From an uncultured Candidatus Saccharibacteria bacterium (GTDB lineage Bacteria > Patescibacteriota > Minisyncoccia > Phycocordibacterales > UBA9973): DNA of 64,000 nucleotides. The position numbers and the translations under genes were made by a program. The DNA lies in NCBI GenBank assembly GCA_964496425.1, contig CAZBZO010000002.1, forward strand, positions 66,450 through 130,449. The letters are read 5' to 3'. Every line of letters begins with the position of its first letter. Position 1 is the stretch's first letter. Positions 18,431-27,829 of this stretch are shown one piece after another. The notes below the pieces were generated by a model that worked only from the letters and a program-made list of their open reading frames with translations, was not told the DNA's origin and made no database searches.

Positions 18431-19717
18431 ATGGATATAGTATTTGCTATTATTTCTTGGATATTTTTTATTATTGGCAAGCTCGCTATTGTGTGGGGGC
18501 CGATTTTGGCGCTCTACATTGCCTTTGAGTTTTGGCACCATTTTGTGGTGGACCGGTTTATTTCTGGCATCACCTGGAGTTTGCTTGAAGTGGAAGTGCC
18601 ACGCGATATTTTAAAGTCTCCACTTGCCATGGAACTTATTTTCTCCAACGCTATGTACCAGATGAGTAACAAAGGACTCTGGGAGGTGTGGATACAAGGT
18701 GCGGTCCATCTCTGGTTCTCTTTGGAAATCGTTTCGACCGAAGGTCGAGTGCATTTTTATATTCGCACAGCAGATCGTATCAAGCCGCTTTTGGAAGCAC
18801 AGATTTATGGTCAGTATCCGCAAGCCAAAATTGTTGAAGTAGAAGATTATACGTTGAGAGTGCCGTACGATGTTCCGAATGATGATTGGTACATGTGGGG
18901 GTGCGAATTTAAACTTGCCGACGGAGATTTTTATCCGATCAAAACCTATGTCAACTTCGGCCTTGATGAAAATCCAAAAGAAGAAGAAAAAATCGATCCA
19001 CTCACGCCGACTGTAGAATTCCTCGGTTCGCTCACGAAAGGGCAACATATTTGGACGCAGATTATCGTGCGGGCAACAGAAAAACACTATCATCAGCACG
19101 GCACGCTCTTTAAACACCATGGCTGGGTAGAGGAAGGCAATCATTTTCTTAAAGAAATTATGATCCCGTATACCAAAAAGGGTATCAACTACGACGGGAG
19201 TACATCAACCGAAATCCGTATGCCAAAAATTGTGGAAGATAAAGTTAAAGCAATCAAAGAAAAACTTGAGAAAATCGGTTTTGACTGTGGTATTCGAGTG
19301 ATCGTCCTATCAGAAAAAAAATATGTTACACAGGACGCTTTCAACAATCTTCGCCGCGCTTCGCGTCTTATGTATCGTCAATACACAGATCCAGATACAA
19401 ATCGCTTAGAGAGAGTAAAACCAACACAATTTGATTCGCCATTCGCTGATCCAACAGGGAAAAGTTTAAAATTTATAAAACACCGCATGCTGTTTTGGTA
19501 TCGTACTCGTACTTTTTTCCATCCAGCATTTTGGTATGCAGTAAAGTATCCAGCGTTTGTTAGTGCGTTTTTTCCTTCCCATCGGCCTGAACCATTTGTC
19601 CTCAATTCAGAGGAGCTTGCAACACTCTTTCATTTCCCTGGCCAAGTATCGCAAACACCCACATTTAAACGTTTGGAGTCTCGCACTGCAAAACCTCCGA
19701 CCAATCTTCCTATTTAG
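18431..19717 (+). CDS. hypothetical large membrane-anchored protein
   Basis: 428-aa ATG ORF with N-terminal TM hairpin. Typical GC content. Aromatic-rich C-terminus. No recognised motif. Confidence 0.55.
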   Translation: MDIVFAIISWIFFIIGKLAIVWGPILALYIAFEFWHHFVVDRFISGITWSLLEVEVPRDILKSPLAMELIFSNAMYQMSNKGLWEVWIQGAVHLWFSLEIVSTEGRVHFYIRTADRIKPLLEAQIYGQYPQAKIVEVEDYTLRVPYDVPNDDWYMWGCEFKLADGDFYPIKTYVNFGLDENPKEEEKIDPLTPTVEFLGSLTKGQHIWTQIIVRATEKHYHQHGTLFKHHGWVEEGNHFLKEIMIPYTKKGINYDGSTSTEIRMPKIVEDKVKAIKEKLEKIGFDCGIRVIVLSEKKYVTQDAFNNLRRASRLMYRQYTDPDTNRLERVKPTQFDSPFADPTGKSLKFIKHRMLFWYRTRTFFHPAFWYAVKYPAFVSAFFPSHRPEPFVLNSEELATLFHFPGQVSQTPTFKRLESRTAKPPTNLPI

Positions 19718-19719
19718 CT

Positions 19720-20721
19720 ATGCCGCCTGACCCACTCTTTAAAGAAAAACTACCGTCATTTATGCCAGCTAAAAGTGTTCTGATCAATCGCTACAGCATC
19801 GTAGTTGCCATTTGTGTACTACTCGGCTTACTTTGGTACCATACCTCAGCGAAGGCGCCAGTAGAATTTCAAGCCCCCGTCACGTTTACAATTGTCTCTG
19901 GAGAAAGTCTGCATGCGATTAGTACGCATTTAAAAGAGCAGCATCTTATTCGCTCAACCGCGACATTTGAGATTTTTGCGATGCTCTTTGGTAGTGATCA
20001 GCATATCAGTGAAGGAGATTATTATTTTGAACGTGCCATAGGAAGTATCGAAATAGCAAGAAGGATTGCCACGGCTGACCGGCATATAGAACCGATCAAG
20101 GTGACTCTGCCGGAAGGCCTCACACGAAGCGAAATGGCAGTAGCCTTAAGTGAAAAACTACCAGACTTTGATGAAGCAGTATTTTTAGCCTCTACAAAAG
20201 AAGACGAAGGATATTTGTTTCCTGATACGTATTTCTTTTTCCCAAGCACAACCACCGAAGAAGTCATACTGCGTCTCAAAAATGCTTTTACTGAGAAAAT
20301 AGTATCACTTGAAGGAGATATTATTCAATCAGGTCATACGCTTCAAGATATTGTGATTATGGCGTCGATAGTAGAGAAGGAAGCAGGGAGTGGAGTGGAT
20401 CGTGCAATGATTTCGGGTATTCTTTGGAAACGACTTTCTCTTGGCATGCCGCTTCAAGTGGATGCTAGTTTTCTTTTCATTAATGGCAAATCATCAGTAG
20501 AGTTGACCCAAGATGATTTGGCTATTGATTCGCTTTACAACACCTATAAATACAAAGATTTGCCGCCTGGGCCCATTGCCAATCCTGGTCTGGCGGCACT
20601 TGAAGCAGCGATATTTCCGCAAGAATCACCTTACCTTTTTTATCTCCATGACAAAAATGGTATGATCCATTACGCCGAGACGTTTGAGGGGCATAAGCAA
20701 AATAAAGCTCTCTTTCTATAA
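19720..20721 (+). CDS. mltG: endolytic murein transglycosylase MltG (YceG family)
   Basis: N-terminal TM and YceG-like C-terminal region (DSLYNTYKYKDLPPGPIANPG). Confidence 0.8.
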   Translation: MPPDPLFKEKLPSFMPAKSVLINRYSIVVAICVLLGLLWYHTSAKAPVEFQAPVTFTIVSGESLHAISTHLKEQHLIRSTATFEIFAMLFGSDQHISEGDYYFERAIGSIEIARRIATADRHIEPIKVTLPEGLTRSEMAVALSEKLPDFDEAVFLASTKEDEGYLFPDTYFFFPSTTTEEVILRLKNAFTEKIVSLEGDIIQSGHTLQDIVIMASIVEKEAGSGVDRAMISGILWKRLSLGMPLQVDASFLFINGKSSVELTQDDLAIDSLYNTYKYKDLPPGPIANPGLAALEAAIFPQESPYLFYLHDKNGMIHYAETFEGHKQNKALFL

Positions 20722-20737
20722 TCCAAATTTTAAAACA

Positions 20738-22174
20738 ATGGAAACAAAATACTACTATACAATCGGTCTTGAAATCCATGCTGAGCTCAACACTGAGACC
20801 AAAATGTTTTGCGACTGCAAGAATGATCCAGAGGAGAAACGCCCCAATGTAAATATTTGCCCAGTCTGTATGGCCCACCCTGGATCTTTACCGGTCATCA
20901 ATAAGGGTGCTGTAGAAAATGTGATTAAAATCGGACTTGCAGTAGGAGGCGTGATTGCTGATTTTACAGAATTTGATCGAAAAAACTATTTCTATCCTGA
21001 TATTCCCAAAGGCTATCAGATTTCTCAGTACAAGTATCCAATCGTTTCAGGCGGTCATCTTGCTGGGATGGCGATTAGAAGAGTGCATCTCGAAGAAGAT
21101 ACTGGCACATCAAAACATGACCATGGTGACTATTCGCTTCTTGATTTTAACCGCGCCGGTGTTCCACTCTCCGAGCTTGTGACCGAGCCGCATACATTCG
21201 GGTCGATCGATGAAGCTGCAAAAGCTGCACTTGTTTTTGCCAGAGAATATCAGCTGACTCTTATGTACTTGGATGCATCAAAGGCTAATATGGAAAAAGG
21301 GGAAATGCGCGTGGAAGCAAATATTTCAGTATCTAAAGAGAAAGATGTCCTCAATCCTCGACGTGTAGAAGTAAAAAACCTCAATTCATTTAAAAGTGTA
21401 GAGCGCGCTATTGCCTATGAGCTTACTCGGATGGTTGAGCTTTTTGAAGATGGAAAAGAAATAGAGATTGTTCAGGAGACTCGAGGCTGGGATGAACAAA
21501 AACAAAAAACATTTTCGCAGAGAAGCAAGGAAAATCTCGAAGATTATCGCTACTTTGCCGATCCTGATCTGCCAAAGCTCATGCTCTCTGAAGTCTGGAA
21601 CACAGAATCACTCCGTGCATCTCTGTCTGAGCTCCCGGGTGCCAAGCGAGATAGGTACAAAAACACATTTGGTATTAAAGACGAAGATATTGAGAGTTAT
21701 ATTGGGGACTTTATACTGTCAGATTTTTTTGAAGACGTGGTGACTGAGCTCGGAGAGGATACGGAAAAAATAAAAATTGCTTCAAACTATATTACTTCTG
21801 ACATGCTCGGACTTTTGAAAAAAAACGAAAACTTAAAAATACCACATGCACACAACTTTGCTGAGCTTATTGCCATGATCTCGGCGGGGGATATTTCTTC
21901 GCGAGCTGCCAAAGATATCTTGGCGATGATTGTGGAAGAAGATGAATCACCTCGAAAAATAGCGGAGGAAAAAGACTTACTTCAGAAAAATGATGAAAGT
22001 GCACTCACTGAAGTCGCCAAAAAAATTATCACTGCAAATCCCAAAGTGGTCGAAGACTACAAAGGCGGTAAGGAAACTTCACTTCAGTTCTTTGTGGGTC
22101 AGATGATGAAGGAAACGAAAGGCGCCGCCAATCCTGCTGTCGTAGCAAAATTATTTAAAGAATTATTGTCCTAA
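20738..22174 (+). CDS. gatB: Asp/Glu-tRNA amidotransferase subunit B
   Basis: YYTIGLEIHAELNTETKMFCDC...NICPVCMAHPGSLP GatB N-terminus. Start re-set to ATG (METKYY). Confidence 0.9.
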   Translation: METKYYYTIGLEIHAELNTETKMFCDCKNDPEEKRPNVNICPVCMAHPGSLPVINKGAVENVIKIGLAVGGVIADFTEFDRKNYFYPDIPKGYQISQYKYPIVSGGHLAGMAIRRVHLEEDTGTSKHDHGDYSLLDFNRAGVPLSELVTEPHTFGSIDEAAKAALVFAREYQLTLMYLDASKANMEKGEMRVEANISVSKEKDVLNPRRVEVKNLNSFKSVERAIAYELTRMVELFEDGKEIEIVQETRGWDEQKQKTFSQRSKENLEDYRYFADPDLPKLMLSEVWNTESLRASLSELPGAKRDRYKNTFGIKDEDIESYIGDFILSDFFEDVVTELGEDTEKIKIASNYITSDMLGLLKKNENLKIPHAHNFAELIAMISAGDISSRAAKDILAMIVEEDESPRKIAEEKDLLQKNDESALTEVAKKIITANPKVVEDYKGGKETSLQFFVGQMMKETKGAANPAVVAKLFKELLS

Positions 22175-22177
22175 CAT

Positions 22178-22609
22178 ATGATATACCTTCTCATACTTGT
22201 CCTCACATTTTTCATCAGTCAGACACTGAAATTCATCATACGGTATTTCTCATCGAGTACGAAAATTGATCGAGGGATCGTCTGGACATATATCTGGGCA
22301 ACAGGCGCGCCGAGTACACACAGTGCGATGCTTGTCGCTGGGCTTACGATGCTCTATCGTGATACTGGCTTCTCAGCACTTTTTGCATTTTGCGTGCTAG
22401 TAGCTGGTGTGTTTATGTACAATTTAGTGGCTGACCGGACACGAGAAATAATTGAAGAGAAATTCTTTGCCGAAGGAGATGAAGCTGAACGGAAAATCGT
22501 GGCTACCGGAAGAGTGCTAGATATTTCCGGACACAGTTTCTTTGATATTATTACAGGAATCATTACCGGATTTGTGTCAGCGCAATTATTATTAAATTTG
22601 TTACAATAG
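22178..22609 (+). CDS. divergent PAP2 / DUF212 family membrane protein
   Basis: TGAPSTHSAM matches the GGMPSSHSA motif of the YuiD-like family. 3-4 TM helices. Confidence 0.6.
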   Translation: MIYLLILVLTFFISQTLKFIIRYFSSSTKIDRGIVWTYIWATGAPSTHSAMLVAGLTMLYRDTGFSALFAFCVLVAGVFMYNLVADRTREIIEEKFFAEGDEAERKIVATGRVLDISGHSFFDIITGIITGFVSAQLLLNLLQ

Positions 22610-22613
22610 AGAC

Positions 22614-23696
22614 ATGGAAAATAAAAAAATCAGAGTTGGTATCAACGGTTTTGGGCGCATTGGTCGGGCATTTTTGAAGATCGCCTGGGAGCGGCCAGAG
22701 ATAGAGATTGTGGCCTTAAATGACTTAGGCTCGCTTGAGGCTATGGCATATTTACTAAAATACGACACCGTTTATCGTACTTGGAATCATGACATTCGTA
22801 CACGTGGGATCGAGGGTGAAGCCGCAACCAAAGAAGTCAAAGCTGGATCACTTTTTATAAAAAATTCTAATGGCGAGGAAAAAGAAGTCGTGGTGTTTGC
22901 TCAAAAAGATCCCATCAATATTCCATGGGGAGATGTTGGCGTTGACGTGGTAGTAGAATCTACTGGATTTTTCACGAACTACGACAAGGCCAAAGCGCAC
23001 ATTGATGCTGGTGCGAAAAAGGTAGTTATCTCGGCTCCCGCCAAGTCTGGTGAAGATGCCAGCGTGAAAGGTGAGACAATCCTCCTTGGAGTGAATGAAA
23101 ACAAATTTGGCACCTGTGATATTACTTCCAATGCTTCTTGTACAACTAACGCTGCTTCGCCCCTCATTGCAATTCTCCACGAATCAATCGGTATTGAAAA
23201 AGCAATGCTCAACACCGTGCATGCGTATACTGGTACTCAAGCACTGGTAGATGGTCCATCAAAGAAGGATTTGCGAGAAGGCCGTGCAGCTGCACAAAAT
23301 ATTGTGCCGTCTTCTACGGGCGCCGCTATTGCTGTCACTAAAGCATTTCCTGAGCTCATTGGACTTTTTGACGGTATTTCCATCCGAGTGCCAGTGCCTG
23401 CCGGATCTATCGTCGACGTAACCTTTATCGCCAAACGCGATACGACAGCGGAGGAAGTGAATATGATTTTGAAAAAAGCAGCGAGCGATCCACATTGGAG
23501 TAAGGTGTTTGCGGTGACGGAGGAAGCACTAGTTTCTTCTGATATTTTAGGCAACTCTCATGCCTCGATCGCTGATCTGGCTATGACGCGAGTCGTCGGC
23601 GGCAATCTAGTCAAAGTGCTTGGCTGGTATGACAACGAAATGGGGTATACCTATACGCTTGTGGATCATGTGATAAAAACTGCTAAAAGTTCTTAA
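22614..23696 (+). CDS. gap: type I glyceraldehyde-3-phosphate dehydrogenase
   Basis: INGFGRIGR NAD motif and SNASCTTN catalytic Cys region. Confidence 0.95.
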   Translation: MENKKIRVGINGFGRIGRAFLKIAWERPEIEIVALNDLGSLEAMAYLLKYDTVYRTWNHDIRTRGIEGEAATKEVKAGSLFIKNSNGEEKEVVVFAQKDPINIPWGDVGVDVVVESTGFFTNYDKAKAHIDAGAKKVVISAPAKSGEDASVKGETILLGVNENKFGTCDITSNASCTTNAASPLIAILHESIGIEKAMLNTVHAYTGTQALVDGPSKKDLREGRAAAQNIVPSSTGAAIAVTKAFPELIGLFDGISIRVPVPAGSIVDVTFIAKRDTTAEEVNMILKKAASDPHWSKVFAVTEEALVSSDILGNSHASIADLAMTRVVGGNLVKVLGWYDNEMGYTYTLVDHVIKTAKSS

Positions 23697-23726
23697 CAAA
23701 GAGTTACAAAAAGCGCATTAATTCCT

Positions 23727-24107
23727 GTGAAAAAAATATTTCCCAAGCTTATAATCATCGGTATTATTCTTGCAGGGGTTTCTGTTGGTCGTGGTGTGGG
23801 AGATTTTTTACTTCTCCTTGGCCTTCTTTTGATAGTTATTGGCACTATTGTCATACTAATAAATATTGCTAGAAAAAAACAATTTAAAAAACTTGCTATC
23901 ATCGCTATAGTAGTAATTCTCGTATGTCTCCCGGTAATCCCCGTAAAAAATAACTTAGATTTTCATGATGCAGCTATATGTCAAAATGTTCCAACAGAAA
24001 AAAGGTGTGCAGAGTATATACACCGTAGTTTGATTTTCTTATTATTAGCTCAAATATCTGAATTATCTATCAGAAACTATTCTGGTGGGATACACATGGA
24101 TGAATAA
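23727..24107 (+). CDS. small 3-TM membrane protein with Cys pair (AT-rich island member)
   Basis: 126 aa with three hydrophobic helices, then AICQNVPTEKRC. Confidence 0.4.
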   Translation: MKKIFPKLIIIGIILAGVSVGRGVGDFLLLLGLLLIVIGTIVILINIARKKQFKKLAIIAIVVILVCLPVIPVKNNLDFHDAAICQNVPTEKRCAEYIHRSLIFLLLAQISELSIRNYSGGIHMDE

Positions 24108-24110
24108 ATT

Positions 24111-24347
24111 ATGATAAAAACAATTATTGCCATCATTATTGTCGTGGGGGTATGGTATGCTTGGAGTCATCCTGTTGTGCCGTATAAAGGGGAGAAGGTG
24201 ACCTTGCAATCAATAGTTATGCCTTTGGTAAAAAATCATACAGTTGAAATTGGCTGTACGATGGAAGCTAAGATCTGTTCAGATGGTTCTTCGGTTGGTC
24301 GCCAAGGACCAATGTGTGAATTTGAGAAGTGCCCGGGAGAGGAGTAA
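24111..24347 (+). CDS. small single-pass membrane Cys peptide
   Basis: 78 aa with an N-terminal TM, then four Cys (CTMEAKICSDGSSVGRQGPMCEFEKCP). Confidence 0.4.
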   Translation: MIKTIIAIIIVVGVWYAWSHPVVPYKGEKVTLQSIVMPLVKNHTVEIGCTMEAKICSDGSSVGRQGPMCEFEKCPGEE

Positions 24348-24348
24348 A

Positions 24349-24522
24349 ATGGAAAGAAGAACCAAAATCATATTTTATATAGTGGTTGGTATACTTATAA
24401 TTTTATTTTTCATGCCTTTGATTCATTTTAAATCAAGTTCTGAATGTATTTACCCGCCTTGTAGTGGTATAAATACGCATGTATCTTTGTACAGTATAAT
24501 TCGTGAGATACTAAAGTCATGA
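24349..24522 (+). CDS. small single-pass membrane Cys peptide (57 aa)
   Basis: ATG directly after the previous stop. TM, then SECIYPPCSGINTH. The track ORF is extended upstream into the previous gene. Confidence 0.35.
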   Translation: MERRTKIIFYIVVGILIILFFMPLIHFKSSSECIYPPCSGINTHVSLYSIIREILKS

Positions 24523-24716
24523 AAATTCCTTTAGTATTTAAAATCTGTCTTTGCCTGATAATATTAGTTGTGGTGTCATGGTTCTTACCCCTTATTCCAT
24601 TAAAACAGGCTAGTATAATTCCTTGTGTGGGTACCTCATGTATTCCTACACAAACCCATGATCGTATGGTTACACTAAAGCAATGGATTCACGAGAAATT
24701 TTTCATAATCTCTTAA
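24519..24716 (+). CDS. small single-pass membrane Cys peptide (65 aa)
   Basis: TM, then PCVGTSCIPTQTH. 4-nt overlap with the previous gene. Confidence 0.4.
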   Translation: MKIPLVFKICLCLIILVVVSWFLPLIPLKQASIIPCVGTSCIPTQTHDRMVTLKQWIHEKFFIIS

Positions 24717-24722
24717 TATTGT

Positions 24723-24881
24723 ATGTCAAAAAGATTCAAAATTAATCTTATAGTACTTCTCGTTGCTATAGTAATCTTAGTAATAGCGTTTAAACCGACC
24801 GGATTGAGTTGGAGAGATTATCTCCATATTCCTCAATGTCTTTTAGGTTGCGTGTATACTAATAACTCTCGCGTAATTTAA
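24723..24881 (+). CDS. small single-pass membrane Cys peptide (52 aa, below track cutoff)
   Basis: Manually translated as MSKRFKINLIVLLVAIVILVIAFKP...PQCLLGCVYTNNSRVI. TAATG junction with the next gene. Confidence 0.3.
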   Translation: MSKRFKINLIVLLVAIVILVIAFKPTGLSWRDYLHIPQCLLGCVYTNNSRVI

Positions 24882-25384
24882 TGTCAAAATCATCTAAAAT
24901 TTTTCTGGTCGTCTTTAGCTTATTATTAATTGCTGGTATTTTGCTTTTAACTTCATTTGGTAGAAAAATGATAATTCATACCTCCGTAGGCTACGAGTCC
25001 ATTAAGTTTACTGAATCAATAAAATGGAAGCTCATTGAAGAAATAAAATGGAATCCCTTAACATCAAAACTACATAGCCCTAACAAGCAACTAACTGTAA
25101 CAGATATGGAAGCTGCGCAACAATATTTGAACGAGAAAAAACTCACAGCAACTATTAGCGATAAAATCCCAACAATTGAAATTGGTATCTATGATAACAG
25201 ATCTATCGTCCTAGAAGGCTCATCGTGTTGGGGAGGAGATTACTGTCCAAACAATGAAATAACGTGGATAGCTTTCTATAAAGAGCCTATCCCTGAGAGT
25301 GAGTGTGGATCCTCTGTGAGCGGTGATCCAATTATTACCGTAGCGTGGGGCCCGACATATCATGGCTGTTCACCTGTTCACTAA
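24881..25384 (+). CDS. signal-anchored secreted Cys-rich protein
   Basis: 167 aa, N-terminal TM/signal, SCWGGDYCPNN and GCSPVH motifs. AT-rich. Confidence 0.45.
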   Translation: MSKSSKIFLVVFSLLLIAGILLLTSFGRKMIIHTSVGYESIKFTESIKWKLIEEIKWNPLTSKLHSPNKQLTVTDMEAAQQYLNEKKLTATISDKIPTIEIGIYDNRSIVLEGSSCWGGDYCPNNEITWIAFYKEPIPESECGSSVSGDPIITVAWGPTYHGCSPVH

Positions 25385-25463
25385 TCTATGAAACTCATTT
25401 TCTTAACAAAAAATTATCAATGGTTCGAATAAGTACATTCGCTATATTTACACCAAAAGAATT

Positions 25464-25982
25464 ATGAAAATTTACATTGGCACCGATCACACAGGATTTG
25501 AGCTCAAGGAAAAACTAAAACCATTTTTAGTATCACTTGGGCATGAAGTGGAGGATAAGGGTGCATTTACATTTGATCCCAACGACGATTACCCAGACTT
25601 TATCCGGCTAGTTGCAGAAAGTGTTGGCCAAGCTCACTTTGGTGAAACTCTTCCTTATAAAGTAATGCTTGATACAGCAGGAATTATTTTAGGCGGTTCA
25701 GGTCATGGAGAAGCTATGGTTGCCAATCGAATACCTGGAGCACGCACAGCTGAATTTTATGGACCTCGACTTCCAGTCGAAGCCGTGGATGTGTCGGGGC
25801 GTAAAAGCGAAGATCCGTTTGAGATTGTGCGTTTGTCGCGTAAACATAACAATGCAAACATTCTCTCTATTGGTTTTCGTTTTGCCTCTGAAGATGATAT
25901 AAAGAAGGCGATCGAGATATGGCTTTCGACACCATTTGAAGGAGGCCGACATGAGCGTCGTGTGCAGAAAATTGATCTCTAA
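25464..25982 (+). CDS. rpiB: ribose-5-phosphate isomerase B (RpiB/LacAB family)
   Basis: MKIYIGTDHTGFELKEKL N-terminus and GGSGHGEAMVANR motif. Confidence 0.85.
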   Translation: MKIYIGTDHTGFELKEKLKPFLVSLGHEVEDKGAFTFDPNDDYPDFIRLVAESVGQAHFGETLPYKVMLDTAGIILGGSGHGEAMVANRIPGARTAEFYGPRLPVEAVDVSGRKSEDPFEIVRLSRKHNNANILSIGFRFASEDDIKKAIEIWLSTPFEGGRHERRVQKIDL

Positions 25983-26018
25983 CTACTTACTATTTTCTAT
26001 TAACTATTTACTATTCTC

Positions 26019-26711
26019 ATGATCGAAATCATTCCGGCAATACTGCCACAAGATTTAAAAGAACTTCAAACTAAGATCGCGCTTGTCAAAGATTACGTGC
26101 AAACTGTGCAGGTGGATTTTTGCGATGGTGTATTTGTGCCGTCGCGCACCTGGCCGTACGCCGGCAAAGATGAAGAATTTTTCCATCAGATTTTAAATGA
26201 AGAAGAAGGAATGCCGTATTGGGAAAACGTGGACTTCGAATTCGACCTCATGATTGCAGATGCGACCGCGCAAGCAGAAACATTTACTAAGCTTGGGGCA
26301 CGACGCATCATATTTCATATTGAAGGTGTACCTACTGTTCGCGAATATCTCGAAGGACTCGATTCATATACACGTGATATTACAGAAATAGGACTTGCTA
26401 TCAACACAAGTACTCCACTCTCCGAAATCATTCCGCATATCAACAATATTGATTTTGTACAATGTATGGGTATTTCACAGATCGGTTTTCAAGGCAATCC
26501 ATTTGATCCGAAGGTTATTGAAAACATCGCTACACTTCATAAAGAATATCCTGACTTAATAATCAGTGTTGATGGTTCAGTGACGCTGGTGACTGGTAGA
26601 GAATTGGTAAAAGCTGGGGCAACGCGGCTTGTTTCAGGCTCAGGCATATTTAAGGCTGAAAATATACCCGCTACCATTCAAGCATTTCAAATGCTCGATC
26701 AGGATTTGTAG
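26019..26711 (+). CDS. ribulose-phosphate 3-epimerase family protein
   Basis: DFCDGVFVPS, MGISQIGFQGNPF, VDGS and SGSGIF align with the Rpe motifs DVMDGHFVPN, SVNPGFGGQ, VDGG and AGSAIF. Confidence 0.65.
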   Translation: MIEIIPAILPQDLKELQTKIALVKDYVQTVQVDFCDGVFVPSRTWPYAGKDEEFFHQILNEEEGMPYWENVDFEFDLMIADATAQAETFTKLGARRIIFHIEGVPTVREYLEGLDSYTRDITEIGLAINTSTPLSEIIPHINNIDFVQCMGISQIGFQGNPFDPKVIENIATLHKEYPDLIISVDGSVTLVTGRELVKAGATRLVSGSGIFKAENIPATIQAFQMLDQDL

Positions 26712-26741
26712 AATTTCTGGAGTGGTTCTGGTATACTCTGT

Positions 26742-27617
26742 GTGCAAACATGTATGGAAACTCTTACTGATCAACAAACAAAAGACCTCACGCTAAAGGC
26801 CAATGAAATTCGCCAGTCAGTTCTGCGTTCGCTTTTATCCACTGGAGGCTCAGGGCACACTGCAGGACCGCTCGGTATGGCAGATATTTTCACCGCACTC
26901 TATTTTCACCTCATGAAGCATGATCCAAAGCGGCCTGATTGGTCAGAGCGTGATAGGCTCGTACTCTCCAACGGCCATATTTGCCCAATACTCTACGCCA
27001 CCATGGCTCATGCGGGATATTTCCCTCTAGAAGAGCTCCTTACGCTCCGTAAGCTCGGCTCCCGTCTTCAAGGCCATCCACATCGTGAATATCTTCCCAT
27101 GCTTGAGACATCGTCCGGGCCGCTCGGCTCTGGACTTTCGCAAGCGGCTGGGATGGCGCTTGCCGATAAAATTGATTTTGGAGTGAAATCATCTCGGAAT
27201 ATTTTTTGTCTTATGAGCGACGGTGAACTTCAAGAAGGTAATACTTGGGAAGCAATACAGCTGGCCGGTAAATATCGCTTGCACAATCTTGTCGCTATTA
27301 TTGATCGCAATAACATTCAGATCGAAGGTAACACTGAAGACATCATGCCGCTTGAACCCTTGGCTGCTAAATGGGAAAGCCACAACTGGCATGTGCAAGA
27401 GATAGACGGGCACAACTTCAACGACATCGTGGGCTCGGTGATGCGATCAAAAGCAGTATTTGAAAAGCCATCAGTGATCATTGCGCGCACCATTCCCGGC
27501 AAAGGCGTATCTTTTATGGAGCGTGATTATAAATGGCATGGCCGTCCGCCAACAAAAGAGGAAGGGGAGAAAGCATTAACAGAACTCGAATCTATCCGCT
27601 TGGCGATGACAAACTAA
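26742..27617 (+). CDS. transketolase, N-terminal (thiamine-diphosphate binding) subunit
   Basis: GHTAGPLGMADI, LSNGH and GDGELQEG thiamine-PP motifs. 291 aa (split-type transketolase). Confidence 0.85.
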   Translation: MQTCMETLTDQQTKDLTLKANEIRQSVLRSLLSTGGSGHTAGPLGMADIFTALYFHLMKHDPKRPDWSERDRLVLSNGHICPILYATMAHAGYFPLEELLTLRKLGSRLQGHPHREYLPMLETSSGPLGSGLSQAAGMALADKIDFGVKSSRNIFCLMSDGELQEGNTWEAIQLAGKYRLHNLVAIIDRNNIQIEGNTEDIMPLEPLAAKWESHNWHVQEIDGHNFNDIVGSVMRSKAVFEKPSVIIARTIPGKGVSFMERDYKWHGRPPTKEEGEKALTELESIRLAMTN

Positions 27618-27618
27618 T

Positions 27619-27828
27619 ATGAAAATACTTCTTACATTTATTATTATTGGCGGAGCAGTTGCACTGTTGTATTATTTTTTTTATACCGACCATAAGCCAA
27701 TTGATTTGCAGATACAAGAGCCAATAACCGTGAAGTGCGAGAAGGCAATGCAGACCATGCGATTTGATAGTCCAGAATCGAGCAATCAGTATTATATCGA
27801 TTGTTTGGCAGGGAAATTTGAAAACTAA
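27619..27828 (+). CDS. small single-pass membrane protein with Cys pair, located between the two transketolase halves
   Basis: 69 aa, TM, then VKCEKA...YIDCLAG. AT-rich. 1-nt spacing on both sides. Confidence 0.35.
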   Translation: MKILLTFIIIGGAVALLYYFFYTDHKPIDLQIQEPITVKCEKAMQTMRFDSPESSNQYYIDCLAGKFEN

Positions 27829-27829
27829 C

